DNA from: Nageia nagi
Taxonomy: Eukaryota; Plantae; Pinophyta
NCBI GenBank assembly: GCA_050084985.1
Contig: JBITNC010000001.1
Coordinates: 20,212,001 to 20,276,000 of the forward strand
Direction: 5' to 3'
Length of the DNA: 64,000 nt
Shown: positions 15,301 to 27,464 of the stretch, piece by piece
Layout of the letters: each line of letters opens with the position of its first letter
Numbering within the stretch: position 1 is the first letter of the stretch
Made by a program: the position numbers and the translations under genes
The notes under the pieces: model-generated
Told to the model about the DNA's origin: nothing
The model's input: only the letters and a program-made list of their open reading frames with translations
Database searches by the model: none

Positions 15301-16002
15301 CTTATCAATTGAAGCATCCAAATTAATGAATGAAAAAATAGAATCTCTAAATATACCACAAATTTCACTCTCATCCAATTAACTATGAATAGATTGTCAT
15401 ACTTTTTTGAATCTTGGAATATACTTCTTTAGGGTTTCATTACTTCCTTGGTATATTGCACATAATTTTGTAACTATTCCTTTCTCTTTGATATTATATT
15501 TGTATTAACTGATGAATGCTTGTACCAATGACTTGAATGAATCTATGGATCCCCCCTAGCAAATTGTAGAACCATTGGCTAGCATCACCTTTTAAACTCC
15601 TTAGGAAAAACTTTACCACCAACTTCTCCTTCGATCCTAATTTCAAAAAGCACTCCTCTAAAAGCTAATAAGATGTTGCTTTAGATATTATTCACCACTA
15701 AACATCTTGACCTTGGGGGCCTTGTGATCAAGTGGTAAGGGATAATTATAGATATCATCTTGTTGGGATCACTGGATCTATAGCTGATTTCAAATTACTA
15801 CCTAAACTCTACATTGAAGCCACTTAGTTAGCTATATCTTCCACTAATTTGGTCAATTTCATTTCAATTTATTCCATTTTTCATCCTAATGATAGCATAA
15901 AAATAACATATGCATGCTGCTAGTAGCATTAATCCTTCATAAAAATCTCATGAGTGCTTTTCGGTAGGGAAAGATTAATCAAAATAGTCATGTTCACCAA
16001 AA
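9390..16002 (-). mobile_element. Decayed Tat/Ogre-type Ty3/gypsy internal region: gag, PR, RT, RH, aRH, INT, 3'UTR
   Basis: gag ~14900-15800; PR ~14000-14580; RT ~12150-13080; aRH WNLYFDGSK...ALILGLK...LEIYGDLQLVVNQVN (11564-12067); integrase YYPQGNGQVEASNK...WAYRTS (10430-10795). PBS remnant gttcacca at 15992-15999. The 3' LTR is missing (junction at ~9388). Confidence 0.92.
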
Positions 16003-16255
16003 TGTAGAAAAAAAATTCCACTCACATATATATCCTACAAAGATATTGAAATGAGTGAAGATAGACCTCTAGCAATAATATAATCATTATTGTATTCAAT
16101 ATACTTTAAAATATGAACCATGGTAAATAATGTAACACATGCTATTGCATTCTAATATCAATTTTATCTTGACACTTGTTGTATTACAATAAGGCATTTA
16201 GAAATTCTAAATATAACTTATTAAATAAATAATAAATCATTTTGAGGCATCTACA
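16003..16255 (-). repeat. Internally deleted LTR, with a PPT on one side and a PBS on the other
   Basis: 16020-16255 aligns with 22305-22554. Termini tgtaga...tctaca. PPT (minus strand caaagaagggaaaaa) at 16256-16270; PBS at 15992-15999. Confidence 0.85.
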
Positions 16256-18444
16256 TTTTTCCCTTCTTTGGATATGAAGTGAAAGGCATTGAAATTGCAT
16301 AATCCAAAGAAGTTTAGAAAAGAGAATAAATTTTTCAATAGTAAAGTGAACTTTCTTTTTTTGATAGATATGCTGAGTATGGTATGTCTTTTTCACCCTT
16401 TTGGTCTTATATTTCCCATCACTCTAGCTTCTTTAGGGAATCAATCCAAAACTTAGAATCTTTATATGAGGAGAGTACCTCTATTTTGGTCCTACTCTTC
16501 CAGATAATATCTTTTTTAGAACAATCCAATATAATACCTGCATAGATCACATCCTATTAAAGAATAATCAATTTAAAGATCAAGGATTAAATAAATATGA
16601 TACCAATTGTGTTACTATTGTCATTAAGAAACATAGTTCTATTGAACCATTATTATCAAGCTGATGAGGTCCTTTTGATGCCTCAAGCATGAAATAACCT
16701 ATAATTTGTGAGAGATTTTGCTCATGGATTGACCATGGACTTAAAAACACTTGTTAGCATAACATTGAATTATTATCCATCATTGAGACAATTCCATTTG
16801 ACTTCTATAAAACACCCAATATTCAAATATTCATTGGCCTTACTTATCAATTTAGTACATTTGATCTCATTGAATTTATTGATTTTCAAAGTAAAAGTAT
16901 GTCATTGATAGCATTATGTTCATAGAATTTTGTAACCATATCTTTTGTAATTTTATTCAATATTCCCATTATAGTGCATATTTGAGAAATAATGGCATTT
17001 TCAAATAGATATTCAAGGATTTATAGCATGCCTTATTTGCAATGAATTTATACTAGACATATGTTGTTAATATCGTGAACATAGTAATAACACTATTTCT
17101 TGCATAAGCATTAATTTGACCATATATACCTTTGATCTATGCATAATTCATTTAATCATAATATTAGTCATTTTTAACTTTTAGAACCATGGTAGCATTA
17201 TTTGAAATAATCCATAATTTTACTTTAATCACACTATTAACAACATTAAAAATGATAGAATTGATCATTCAAAAAAAGAGCATATTTAATTGGCATTGAG
17301 CAATTGCAATTTACATATTCAATATTCCCAAAATATGTGTGCATACAAAAATCTATTTTGTTGCACATGCCTTTATTTTAACCTAGTATTATAATTTAAA
17401 ATTTCATCTTTTTCATCATGTAACATCTATCATATGCTTTTCTTTTGATCTAGCAAAAATAGAATTACAATCTAGCACTTGAATTGTTTACTAATTTTTC
17501 ATAAATGTCACTATTAATGATGTCTATTTAATATAAATAATCATGTAAAATAGAACATAATCAATTTCACTACGAATGCACTTTTTAAACATTCAAGATT
17601 ATTATATTTACCATTTGTGATTATCATGCATTGAATAGTCCATCAATTTCACATTTTGGATGCCTTCAACAACTTGGAATTGGTAAAATTAGGTTTTCAA
17701 AATTAGGTTATGACTAATTAAAATAATTCCATGTATTTTTCCTATATAATCTAGCATGTTTCAAGTACTAATGTTTATATTTCAAAGGGATGCATTTTAG
17801 CCAAGGTTTGGTGCCAAAATTGAATAAAAATGAAAGGTTTAGTCATTAACTTTTATCAATTTCTCCTATTGCTTTCCTATCCTATGTGCTATGGAGAGAT
17901 TATGACTCTACTTTGATCCTCTTCCATTTATCTCCTTTGAACACATTACCCCTAGCTATTATATTTTGATTACTTACCTTCTGATATGGTAGATAATGGA
18001 TGGCATGCTATGGAGAGATCCTTGACTCGTTGTAGGGGCCACATAGCTGAGTATTTACAAATCTCCCATCCGACCATGTGGTTAGTGTTTGTTCTTGTCT
18101 AGTTCTTTTGTATTTTATTATTTCAAAATGTACCCATGTTTTGTTTGATTTGAAATCCCTAGGATTTTTATATGTTACCATTTTTCTTTCCATTTTTCCC
18201 TAACTAGGTCCTTTAGCATTTTATTTGTGTTATTATCTTTATATTTGGTCATTTTAGTTTTCTTGTTGTGTTATTATCTTTATACTTGATAAATTCTTTC
18301 ATTTCCATTTCATTTATGCCCTCAATCTAATTTTACTTCCATCATGTTATACTTATTATAATTACAACATTTTTTTATAGTTATAGATACGCATTTTGTT
18401 TTTTTATTTTATAAGAGTGTAAGATTACCATAAGGGGTGGATTC

Positions 18445-18960
18445 ATGTCTATAGATTTGTTAGATAAGTCTAGGGAGTGGCATAAGTTGAATCATGATGA
18501 TGATATCCTTATGAGGTTGAATTATCTTGTTATGGTTGGTCATGTTCAAAATGACCTTCCTCTTTTGATAGTGTTGATGGAACATTGGGACCAAGATACA
18601 AACACCTTTCACCTACCCTTAGGTGAAATGATAATGATCTTTTTGGATGTATAATGCATATGGGGTATACCTATTTGTAGGTGGCTTATTCATCAAGCTA
18701 AAGTGTCTGATAATGAGGCTAAGTAGAGTTATGCAATTTGGTTGATAGGAGAGGAGGATCATGATTGGGAGCAAAGGGCCTCCCACTTGCATGAAGTGTG
18801 CAAGTTTGCATCTCCTTCTAGGCACCTAAGGCTCCTAATTGCCTCCATTATTTCTACTTATTTATTCCCAAACAAGAGTAGTTTGTCTTCTCCCTTAGGC
18901 ATGGTTTTAAACTCACACATGATCAAAATATACGATTCCTTATTTGCTATGTATAAATAA
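18445..18960 (+). pseudogene. Plant mobile domain (PMD, aminotransferase-like) remnant, antisense within the LTR element
   Basis: LLIVLMEHWDQDTNTFHLPLGEMIMIFLDV*CIWGIPI matches the PMD hallmark ERW.PET.TFHLP.GE.TITL.DV...GLPI. Confidence 0.85.
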
Positions 18961-21817
18961 TTATGAATATAAGCAAGTTTTTCTATTATAACAAATGTAA
19001 AACCTAACAACATGCCTATAACATAACTCAGTAGTGTTTAAGGATAGAGAATATACTATTTATTTTTATTTTTGTATGGTAGAAGCACACTATTAATGGC
19101 ATAAAAATAGTCACATGTTGCTAACAATGTGGGTTTTGAAAAATTTCAAGAAAAATATATAAGGGGCATAATCAAAACCTACCTAAAAGTTAGCTAAAAC
19201 TATCACATGACCACTATGGCAATGCAACATACACATTTGACCACTCAAAAAATAACCTACCTATGGTACACTAAAAATTTCAATTTTTTTAATTTAAGCA
19301 ATAAATATGCATACTTGGGATGGTTGGACAACCCATATGTATTTTGTATATGCAGGTACAAAAATAGATGCCTTTCTAGTGGTATAATGTACATCATTAA
19401 CAGCGTGCAGATAGTCTTGCGTGCCATTAGTAGCATTCTTTCTATAAACTTGATCATTATATTTTATTTTTTGATTTTTTTGCATTCAATTCTTTTAGAG
19501 AAATAATAATTCATACAATGCAAATTACTTACCGAATCAATTAAGCCTTTTGGTTGTTGAGTTGCCTTTGGTAAAGGGTTTGTAAATATTTTCAACTATT
19601 CCTTATTAGGATGTACAAGCCTTTCTACTTCAAAATTATCATCTATTCAAATTGCTTTATTGCCAATAAAATCTTGAATGATATTTCTTAAGATCTTGTA
19701 ATTTTTTGTTAGGTTCCCTAGTGTACTATGATAATTGTAAAATTCTTCATATCTATAATTTTCAAGAACACCATTAGGAAAGTGATGTTGAACCATAGGT
19801 GGAAGCTCAATAAGATCTTCATTTAATAGAACATTAAGAATATTATAAATAGTATTAGTTAGCTTAGTAAACTTCCCTTGTAGTCTAGTCCTCTTTTTAT
19901 CAACATTAGTTGTAGCATATACTTGAGACTTTTCTTTCTTTTCATACAGTTGAGGTTCTACTTTCTTTTCATACATTTAAGATTTTGGATAACATTTCTT
20001 ATAAGTTTGCTTGATACAATCTTCCTTTTAAAACAAAATATCTATCATTTCAACTAATTTCAATCCATTATTAAATACAACTTATGCTTTATACATAGGC
20101 AACAAAGCATTTACAAAAGTATTCTTTAAATCTTTCTCAAGGAAAGAGATTTTATTTGCAATTTATTCCCATACTTTCACAAAATCAGATAGATTGTTTA
20201 TGTAATTGCTTAATTTTACACAAATTCTCGAATTGAACTTTTTTTGTAATATTATATCTAAAGGTTTTCAAAAATTTATGTATCAAATCCTCATAATTAT
20301 CAACACTCTTTCAAGGAATACTAAAGTGTCTTTTCAATGCATCATCTTTCAAGCTACTTGAAAATAATTTTGCAAGCATATCCCTATCATGAACATATTC
20401 AATCGCTTCCTCTTGAAATTTTCTAACATGCATTTTTGGATCTTGTAAACCATCAAATTTTGTAAATTTCACACTCTTTTTACCAATAAATAACTTGAAA
20501 ATAATTCGATCAGTCAATGGATGCTTTAAGCAACATAAAAAATCATCTTTATGCATATCTTTTTGTAAGTTCTCAATCCTTTCATGCATTATCTTTCCAT
20601 TATTTGGCACTATAGGCTTATTCCCTACATGTATATTAGTCTTTAAGGTTGGTGGTGGGGTTTGTGGTGGTGCATTACTATTTTTAGAGGTTGATTTTTT
20701 CTTTTTCCTTTCTAATTTCATCCTCTTTTAGTGGCACAAATGGTCCAATCCTATGTATTATTTTGTGTTCAAATTTATCAATAAATTCTAACATAAACTC
20801 TATTTGTTGCACCTCATCAGCCTTTTGAAAGTAATCAGGTTCTTGAGTTTCAAAAATAGCAACAACCTTTATATCATGGTCTTCTTTTGACCAACTAGGG
20901 TTATGTACATAAGCATTATGAATTATAGTAGAAATATTTTTTGTAACTTCATCATCACATAAAATGCTCTTACCTTTTTCTCTTATTAGAAACCTCAAGA
21001 AACATATGTAGATTATGATCTTCAGATTATGTTATCAGAGGTTCATACTTTGCTTTGTTCTCCTCATCGGTATCCTCAACAATCATCTCTTTTGGGGGTT
21101 CAAGGTCCTTTTCTTCCATGATATTAGCAGCATGTGTATAGTCCACATCGTTAATGATATTTTTATTGATTGTAGAATCCCTCTATTTTGTGGATCTTGC
21201 ATTTTCATAAGAAAATAAACTATCTAAGGATTGTGAAGTTGCAAGATCCTCTTCTAATAACTCATAATTTGTTAGGATATCTATAACCTCTTTAGCATTT
21301 TTAGTAAGATAATACTCCAACTTTTTTTATTAGATAAAAATTCCTTTATTGATTTAAAATGGCTAGGAATTTTATCTAATTCTTCAATTTCAGCATCACT
21401 ATTGGAAGTATCACCATGCCTTCCCAAACTTACATTATCAAAATCATAATTAGAAAAAGCTATATTAACCTTATTAGGGTTTTTTCCTATAATATACATT
21501 CTTTTGCTAGAATTTTTAGATTCAATAAGATTATCCACATCAGTATCCATTCTATCATTGGGATACAACTCTTGCATAGGTAAATCAAGGTTAACACTAA
21601 TACTTCTCTTGATCTCATCAAAATGGACCTTAATTTTAGAAGCCCTAGATTATTTTTTGTTCAAGTTTGTCTTTGGAATATAAGTAGAACAAACCCTAGT
21701 TTTATCATTTTCTCAAGCCAACACTTTAAGCACCTAAGTAAGGGAAGAGATAATAACATGAATGGATTCATAACTCCTAAGAAGGGATGCCATAGAATAG
21801 AATCTAGGTGTGTAAGA

Positions 21818-21832
21818 ATGTTGGGTTCACCA
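21818..21832 (-). other. Primer-binding site, probably tRNA-Trp
   Basis: The minus strand reads TGGTGAACCCAACAT, 3 nt after the LTR end. This equals the complement of the plant tRNA-Trp 3' end (TGGTGAACCCGACGT, from memory) with two CpG-to-CpA changes. Confidence 0.7.
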
Positions 21833-21835
21833 AAA

Positions 21836-22554
21836 TGTATACCCTAAATTATATAAAATACTAATATACATAATAAATAAATTTATCTACAATATAAGAA
21901 GAGCTAGATATGTACACTATATCAGATACACCAAATATACATGAAAAACATGTACTTGATATGAAGTGTATGTACAATGCTCAAAAGTAAATATCAATTA
22001 ATCTTTGGAGGATTGGAATTGAATTGGAGGTGAGTTCATAATGGATCTTTGTATGCATGAATCAATAACTTCTTCCACCAAAATCTGAAACCCTCCATCC
22101 TCAATATGCATGATGCTAACAATGTTGAATATGTAGATTTATAGAGTGCATAAAAGATAGAAAGTTTTAGAGCTCAAAGTATAATAATTTCTCATAATAG
22201 GTGGCATCAAGAGAAATTATTTCTTGATGAAGATTGCGGTATACAACCACCTATCAAAGTTCTTATCATATCAAAGAGTTTTGATATATAGAGTTTGACC
22301 TATTCCATTTGCATATATAGCCTAAAAAGACATGGAAAGGATTAAAGGTTGACCTTTATCAATAATATAATCATTATTGTATTCAAGATACTTTAAAATA
22401 TGAACCATGGTAAATAATATAGCATTTAATATAACACATAGTATTGCATTCTAATATCACCTTTATCTTGATATTTTTTATATTGCAATAAGTCATTTAG
22501 GAAGTCTAAATATGATTTATTAAATAAATAATAAATCATTTTTAAGCATCTACA
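21836..22554 (-). repeat. 5' LTR (719 bp)
   Basis: Minus strand TGTAGATGC...GGGTATACA. Adjacent to the PBS and homologous to 16003-16255. Confidence 0.85.
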
Positions 22555-24049
22555 CCCTATAAAGTTTTCTCCCATGGTATGGAAGCATTGTAGTCATCTA
22601 AAGCTTGGCCAAAGGAAAAGTTCTTTCTTTAGGCCTCAATTCATGATAAAAGCTTATTAGGTGATTACATTGTCTTAGAGGGTGGATATACTAAAAAATA
22701 AAGGGGATCAAGATGGGAAAACCTATCTATCAATCAAGAAATTACATCAATAAGGTTTGCCAAAGATCTCAACTTGTATTTATATATATGGAGAAGTACC
22801 ATTAATAGATTCCCACCTCTTACTACATTATGAATTTACCTTCACACTCTAGAACTATTTGTTCTTAGTTTTTAGCATCTAATGGGTTACTTCTCAATCA
22901 ATGGGGGATTTCTTATAGTCATGGCATAATCCTTCAGCCACTTTAATTCCCTTATTGTTATGGAAAGCTTCACTAATGATGCTTCTATGGAGCATTTGGT
23001 TAAAATGTAATAAGAAAATCTTTCAAAAAACTCAATCCCTTGTTGAAAAGCTATAGAATAGACTCAGTTCTCAATTGGAAAATATCTTATAACCTTGAAT
23101 TCTAAATAAAATGACCCACTATTGATATGTCATATTTTTTAGAACTGGTGAGTCCTATCATTAGCAGCTCATGCTCCAGATTAGAGTCTTGGTGATGTAT
23201 ATCATTTGAAACTAGATTGACATACCTTTGATGGAATACCAATACACTTTAACAGTTGGGAATAGGCTCTCTTTTGTGCATTATAGAAGGGAATGATTTA
23301 AATACAAACCCCTTGATTCTCCTTATAGACATTTCTCACCAAGATAAGCCCAACAACCATCATTTAGCTTGAAATGAAGTTATTATGTATTTCCTATATA
23401 ATAGGATTTAGTCCCTAGCTCTGTTTTAATGTAAATTTTAATTTAGTTAATGTGAAGTATTTTTAAGTTACCAAAAATTAAAAAAATTAAAAATAAAAAA
23501 TATTTTGAGTGTTGACGATATAAATGAAGCTTTAGCCTAACCTTCTACAACATCTCCATATCCACCACTATTACCATCATCCTTGAGTGGCATATGCGGC
23601 ACCTCTTCTTGAAGTGAATATGATCATGATAATTATCATATTGATGATGCTCTAATCAAAAAGTTTAAAAACACTAATAAAGGTAATAAAAATCTCAAAT
23701 ATCATCTATATTCTCAAATTATTGATTTTAATTTCAATAAGAATTTAATTAAAGGTTATGAAAAAGAGTTGAAAGAATTCATAAATAAAATTGATAAGTT
23801 AAGCATTGATGAAGATGATAATGTAGAGATGGAGTAAAATCATGCCATCCACTTTGCATTAATGGTCATGAAACACATGGAATCCTCTTTATTGAGGAGG
23901 TAAATGAAAAATAGCTTTGGATGAATTTTGTGAATTAAAATATCAACTCCATAAAAAAATGATGCACCATAACTTTAAGAAATTACCCTCCAGTAAAAAT
24001 ATTTTAGGGAGAAATTTGGATGTTTGAAACTAAGTGTGAGAGTGATGTA

Positions 24050-25390
24050 AGTGTTGAAAATTATAAGGATAGGGTAATGGAAAGAGGTTTCATAAAAGAT
24101 AAGGTATTCAATATAAAGAGCCTTTGAACCTATGTGTTGGGTCGAGGCCATTCAAGTGTTTCTAGCTATAATAGCCTATATACCATGGACTATTCATCAA
24201 ATGGATATAAAATCAACCTTCTTGAGTGGGAATATCAAAAAAAATATCCACATGAAGAAAATTAAAGGGTTTGAAGTGAATTAAGGGAAATATTACTTTA
24301 TTTACCACATAGAGAAGGCATTGTATGGCATTAAGAAAGTGCCTCAAGAATGGTATAAAAGGATATATGGTTGGTTCTTGAAGTAGGGATTTATGGGAGA
24401 AATTTAAGTGATTTCATACTATGAATAAAAAGGGAAGATTTTGATATCTTACTTATTCGTTTGCATGTAAATTATTTAATCTATATATCAAAATTGCCTT
24501 TTACAATAAATAATCAATTCCAAGAGCATATGATGAAAGAGTTTCAGATAAAAAATAATGGGCATGGATGCGCACTAAGATGAGAGTGGTGATTTTATTA
24601 GGCAATAAAAATTTACCAAAATATGGTCAAGAAAATCTACATAAGAACTTGTAATATTTCATTAATAATGTATGCTTAAGGGGGTTTTATTCAAGGGTGA
24701 GTTAGAAAAGGTAATATAACTCACTTTCATAATTAAGAGCCTTATCTTCTTAATTTCTATATAATTGAATATTACATATTCAAGGAGTTTAGAAAGTAAC
24801 TTTAAATATTGATCTTTCTGAGCTTCACTTGTGAGCAACAAAATAAATATTGAAGTAAGTGAGACAAATTTTGGATTGTATTGTTAAATAGTAAATATTC
24901 TTTTATCTTTGATATTTTATTGATTATATGTATAAATTCTTGTCAATGAGGTAGTTTAGATTATCAAAAAGTAACTTTTGATCATTATTTCTCACTTATA
25001 ATTTGAGTAAATAGTTTATTATAATAATTTATTAAGTGAAGGTAGAGTATGTAGAGACTACAACAATAATGATTTAGGCCTTATGATTAAATAAATTTTT
25101 ATTGAACTTGTGAGGAGAGCAATTGATAGCCACTCAATTATTTTATGAAAAGTGACAAAACCAAAGTGCAATTCATTCCACATTGAATACTAGCTACCAT
25201 GGAAGATCCAAGCATATTATCCTTCAATTTTATTTCATAAGATATTTTACATGAGGAGATCATGTGGATTTGGAGTTTTACATTATTATTGACTAACATA
25301 TGAATAAATTTACTAAGGTGTGAGGATGAATCATTTCTTAATGTTGCAAGAAAAATTGATGATCTTCTTCATGCTTAAGGGGGATAAGGA
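24050..25390 (+). mobile_element. Decayed Ty1/copia RT-RNase H remnant
   Basis: VFLAIIAYIPWTIHQMDIKSTFLSG and KALYGIKKVPQEWYKRI match copia HQMDVK.AFL.G and K.LYGLKQAPR.W. PPT-like ttaaggggga at ~25375. Confidence 0.85.
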
Positions 25391-27464
25391 AGACTATCAC
25401 TTCATGAAAACTTTTTATATTCAATGAAATAATAGTAAGGCTTAATCTATAAATTTTTAAGGCCTTGTAATGATTCTAGAGCAATTTTGGAGTGTTGTAG
25501 AGGCACTCAAATCCTGCTATTTTTTTAGCTTTAATAGTTTTGATATGTTAACCTGTAAAGTTCAAATTTTTTTATCCATATATCTATTTCATGCATTATA
25601 CAATCATTGAAAATCTCTCGATGTCTATTTTCTAATAATAACTACAGGGATGTTTCTTAAGTACATATCTCATGTAACTAAGCATATGAAGTCATGCATC
25701 TAAGAAATTATCGAGTTAAATTTTGGTTTAAAAAACTAATCTTTTAAGCTATTAATAAGGCAATGGACATGTGAGAATTAAGAAAGTTCCATGAAAATTC
25801 ACCTAGCGATGGAAAACTTAACGACCAGAACCATAATGAAATATATTGTGCATTAATTTTTTTCAATTTATATGTTTTTATCTATATTCATTATGATCAT
25901 ATGTGCTAATTGTAAAGTAGTACAATATTCAATTGAAATTTTCAATATCTAATCTTTTCATTCTACTATTTTAATACCTTTGTAGATGAGATGTTTACTT
26001 AAGTAGATTTGAAATAAGATATTGATGCAAAATTATTATTGTAATCTTAAAATCATTTTTATAGGATGAAATAAAAAAAACTACATTATTAAAAATAAAG
26101 ATATATATTTTTTAAATATGTTTTAGATAATATGTTATTTCTTAACCTACATATCAAAACATCTTTATAAAAGAGCTTCAATTATTTAATTAATTATTTA
26201 TATTATTTAATTAATTATTTAATTTTTTTAAATATGATAGTATTTTTAAGATCATAAAATTTTGAGAGCTAATAAATCAAATCACGAGAAAGAATCAAAT
26301 CATGTGAAGGAGTTGAAAAGCGAATGTTAAACCTTCCAAATGTAAAAAAAGCCCTTACAAACACATAATCTAATTCCAAAGTATAAATAATCCGGAAAAA
26401 TAAATTACTACGAGGAAGACAAACTAACCACCTGAGATTCCTCTAGGTGTCTGCGCCTAAATTATTATTATTAGCGAGAAATGTGACGTGGAGTATTTGT
26501 AAGATATTATAAAAAACTAACTCTCGCAATAACAATGTGAGTTTGACATGGTAGATAGATAACCACATCACAATTTCCAACTTGAATGTGCACATCGTCC
26601 TTCGTACCCAACACAACTAACTCCAATCCAATGTTCATATTCTTGACAGGTGGCGACTTCTAGAAGACTTGAAAATTAACAAAGATTATGCACATTTCGA
26701 ATCTTGAAAAAAGTTCAACGACGGAAAGCCAGCAACCCCGGAAGTAAATAACGCGTTCGCACGTCATGGTTGACGCTAAACATGAAGTTGAGTCCTCGAG
26801 TGAAGCTGCTTATGTTGACTACGGAATCTATTAATCACATTTAAGATGAGAGGCAATTCTATATAATCCACCCTTTATACCAACGACAATTTCAAATCCA
26901 ATGGATGACAAGAGGGAAAATTATATGCCCGACACGATTTCGCTTCTAACTTTCAATTTGCGCTTCAGTCGGAGGGAGTTCGAAAGCATCCAAAACTTCA
27001 TGCGTCGAAGATTAAATAAAATAATATTTACAATCCATATGATGTTTACCTATAAAAATAGAAATCTTGTTTACAGATATTTTAACTTTTCTAACTTGTC
27101 ACGTTATCAAAAGTAACACCAGCGGTTATGAATGGCGAATTGAAGGACAAAGCTTCCACATGTGGCTTCAGCCTAAAATATTGGTGACGCCTTCCATTCA
27201 ATGGTCCTTTTGTCTGTGATCGCAATAACATTTAAGAAAGATAATAATTTCGTCATTTATCTCCTCGCATGGGAGACATGGAGTATTTGCAACTTTTTAT
27301 GTCCCTAAACAAAAAGCTGTTAAGTGTAAAAACGCAATTAAACTGCAATTTGAAAATGAGGAAAGCAACGTTTTTACAAGGCAACATACGTAGTTCATTT
27401 CACTTAATACTAAGGAACACAACTTTGCATAGTAATAAAAGCTATTTCAGTGTATATCCTCCTT

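Larger units (their letters stand above)
16256..22554 (-). mobile_element. Non-autonomous LTR element: gag only, no pol seen, with an antisense PMD ORF remnant
   Basis: 5' LTR 21836-22554 and PBS 21818-21832. gag FDGLQDPKMHVRKF...LAKLFSSSLKDDAL (20311-20721) and a downstream gag segment (19647-19976). No RT/INT motifs were found before the PPT at 16256. Confidence 0.8.

Noticed and set aside
22560-23400. Possible L1 LINE fragments (WPKEKFFL...HDKSLLGD)
   Set aside because: Only a weak zf-RVT-like hint; too degraded to support by eye.
27140-27152. 13-mer ttgaaggacaaag shared with 38040-38052 at the duplication breakpoint
   Set aside because: The similarity does not extend, and many 13-mer matches are expected by chance in 64 kb.
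27452-27459. P1BS-matching GTATATCC just after the PHT1 stop codon (possible antisense promoter)
   Set aside because: A single degenerate 8-mer occurs by chance every few kb in AT-rich DNA, and there is no supporting context.
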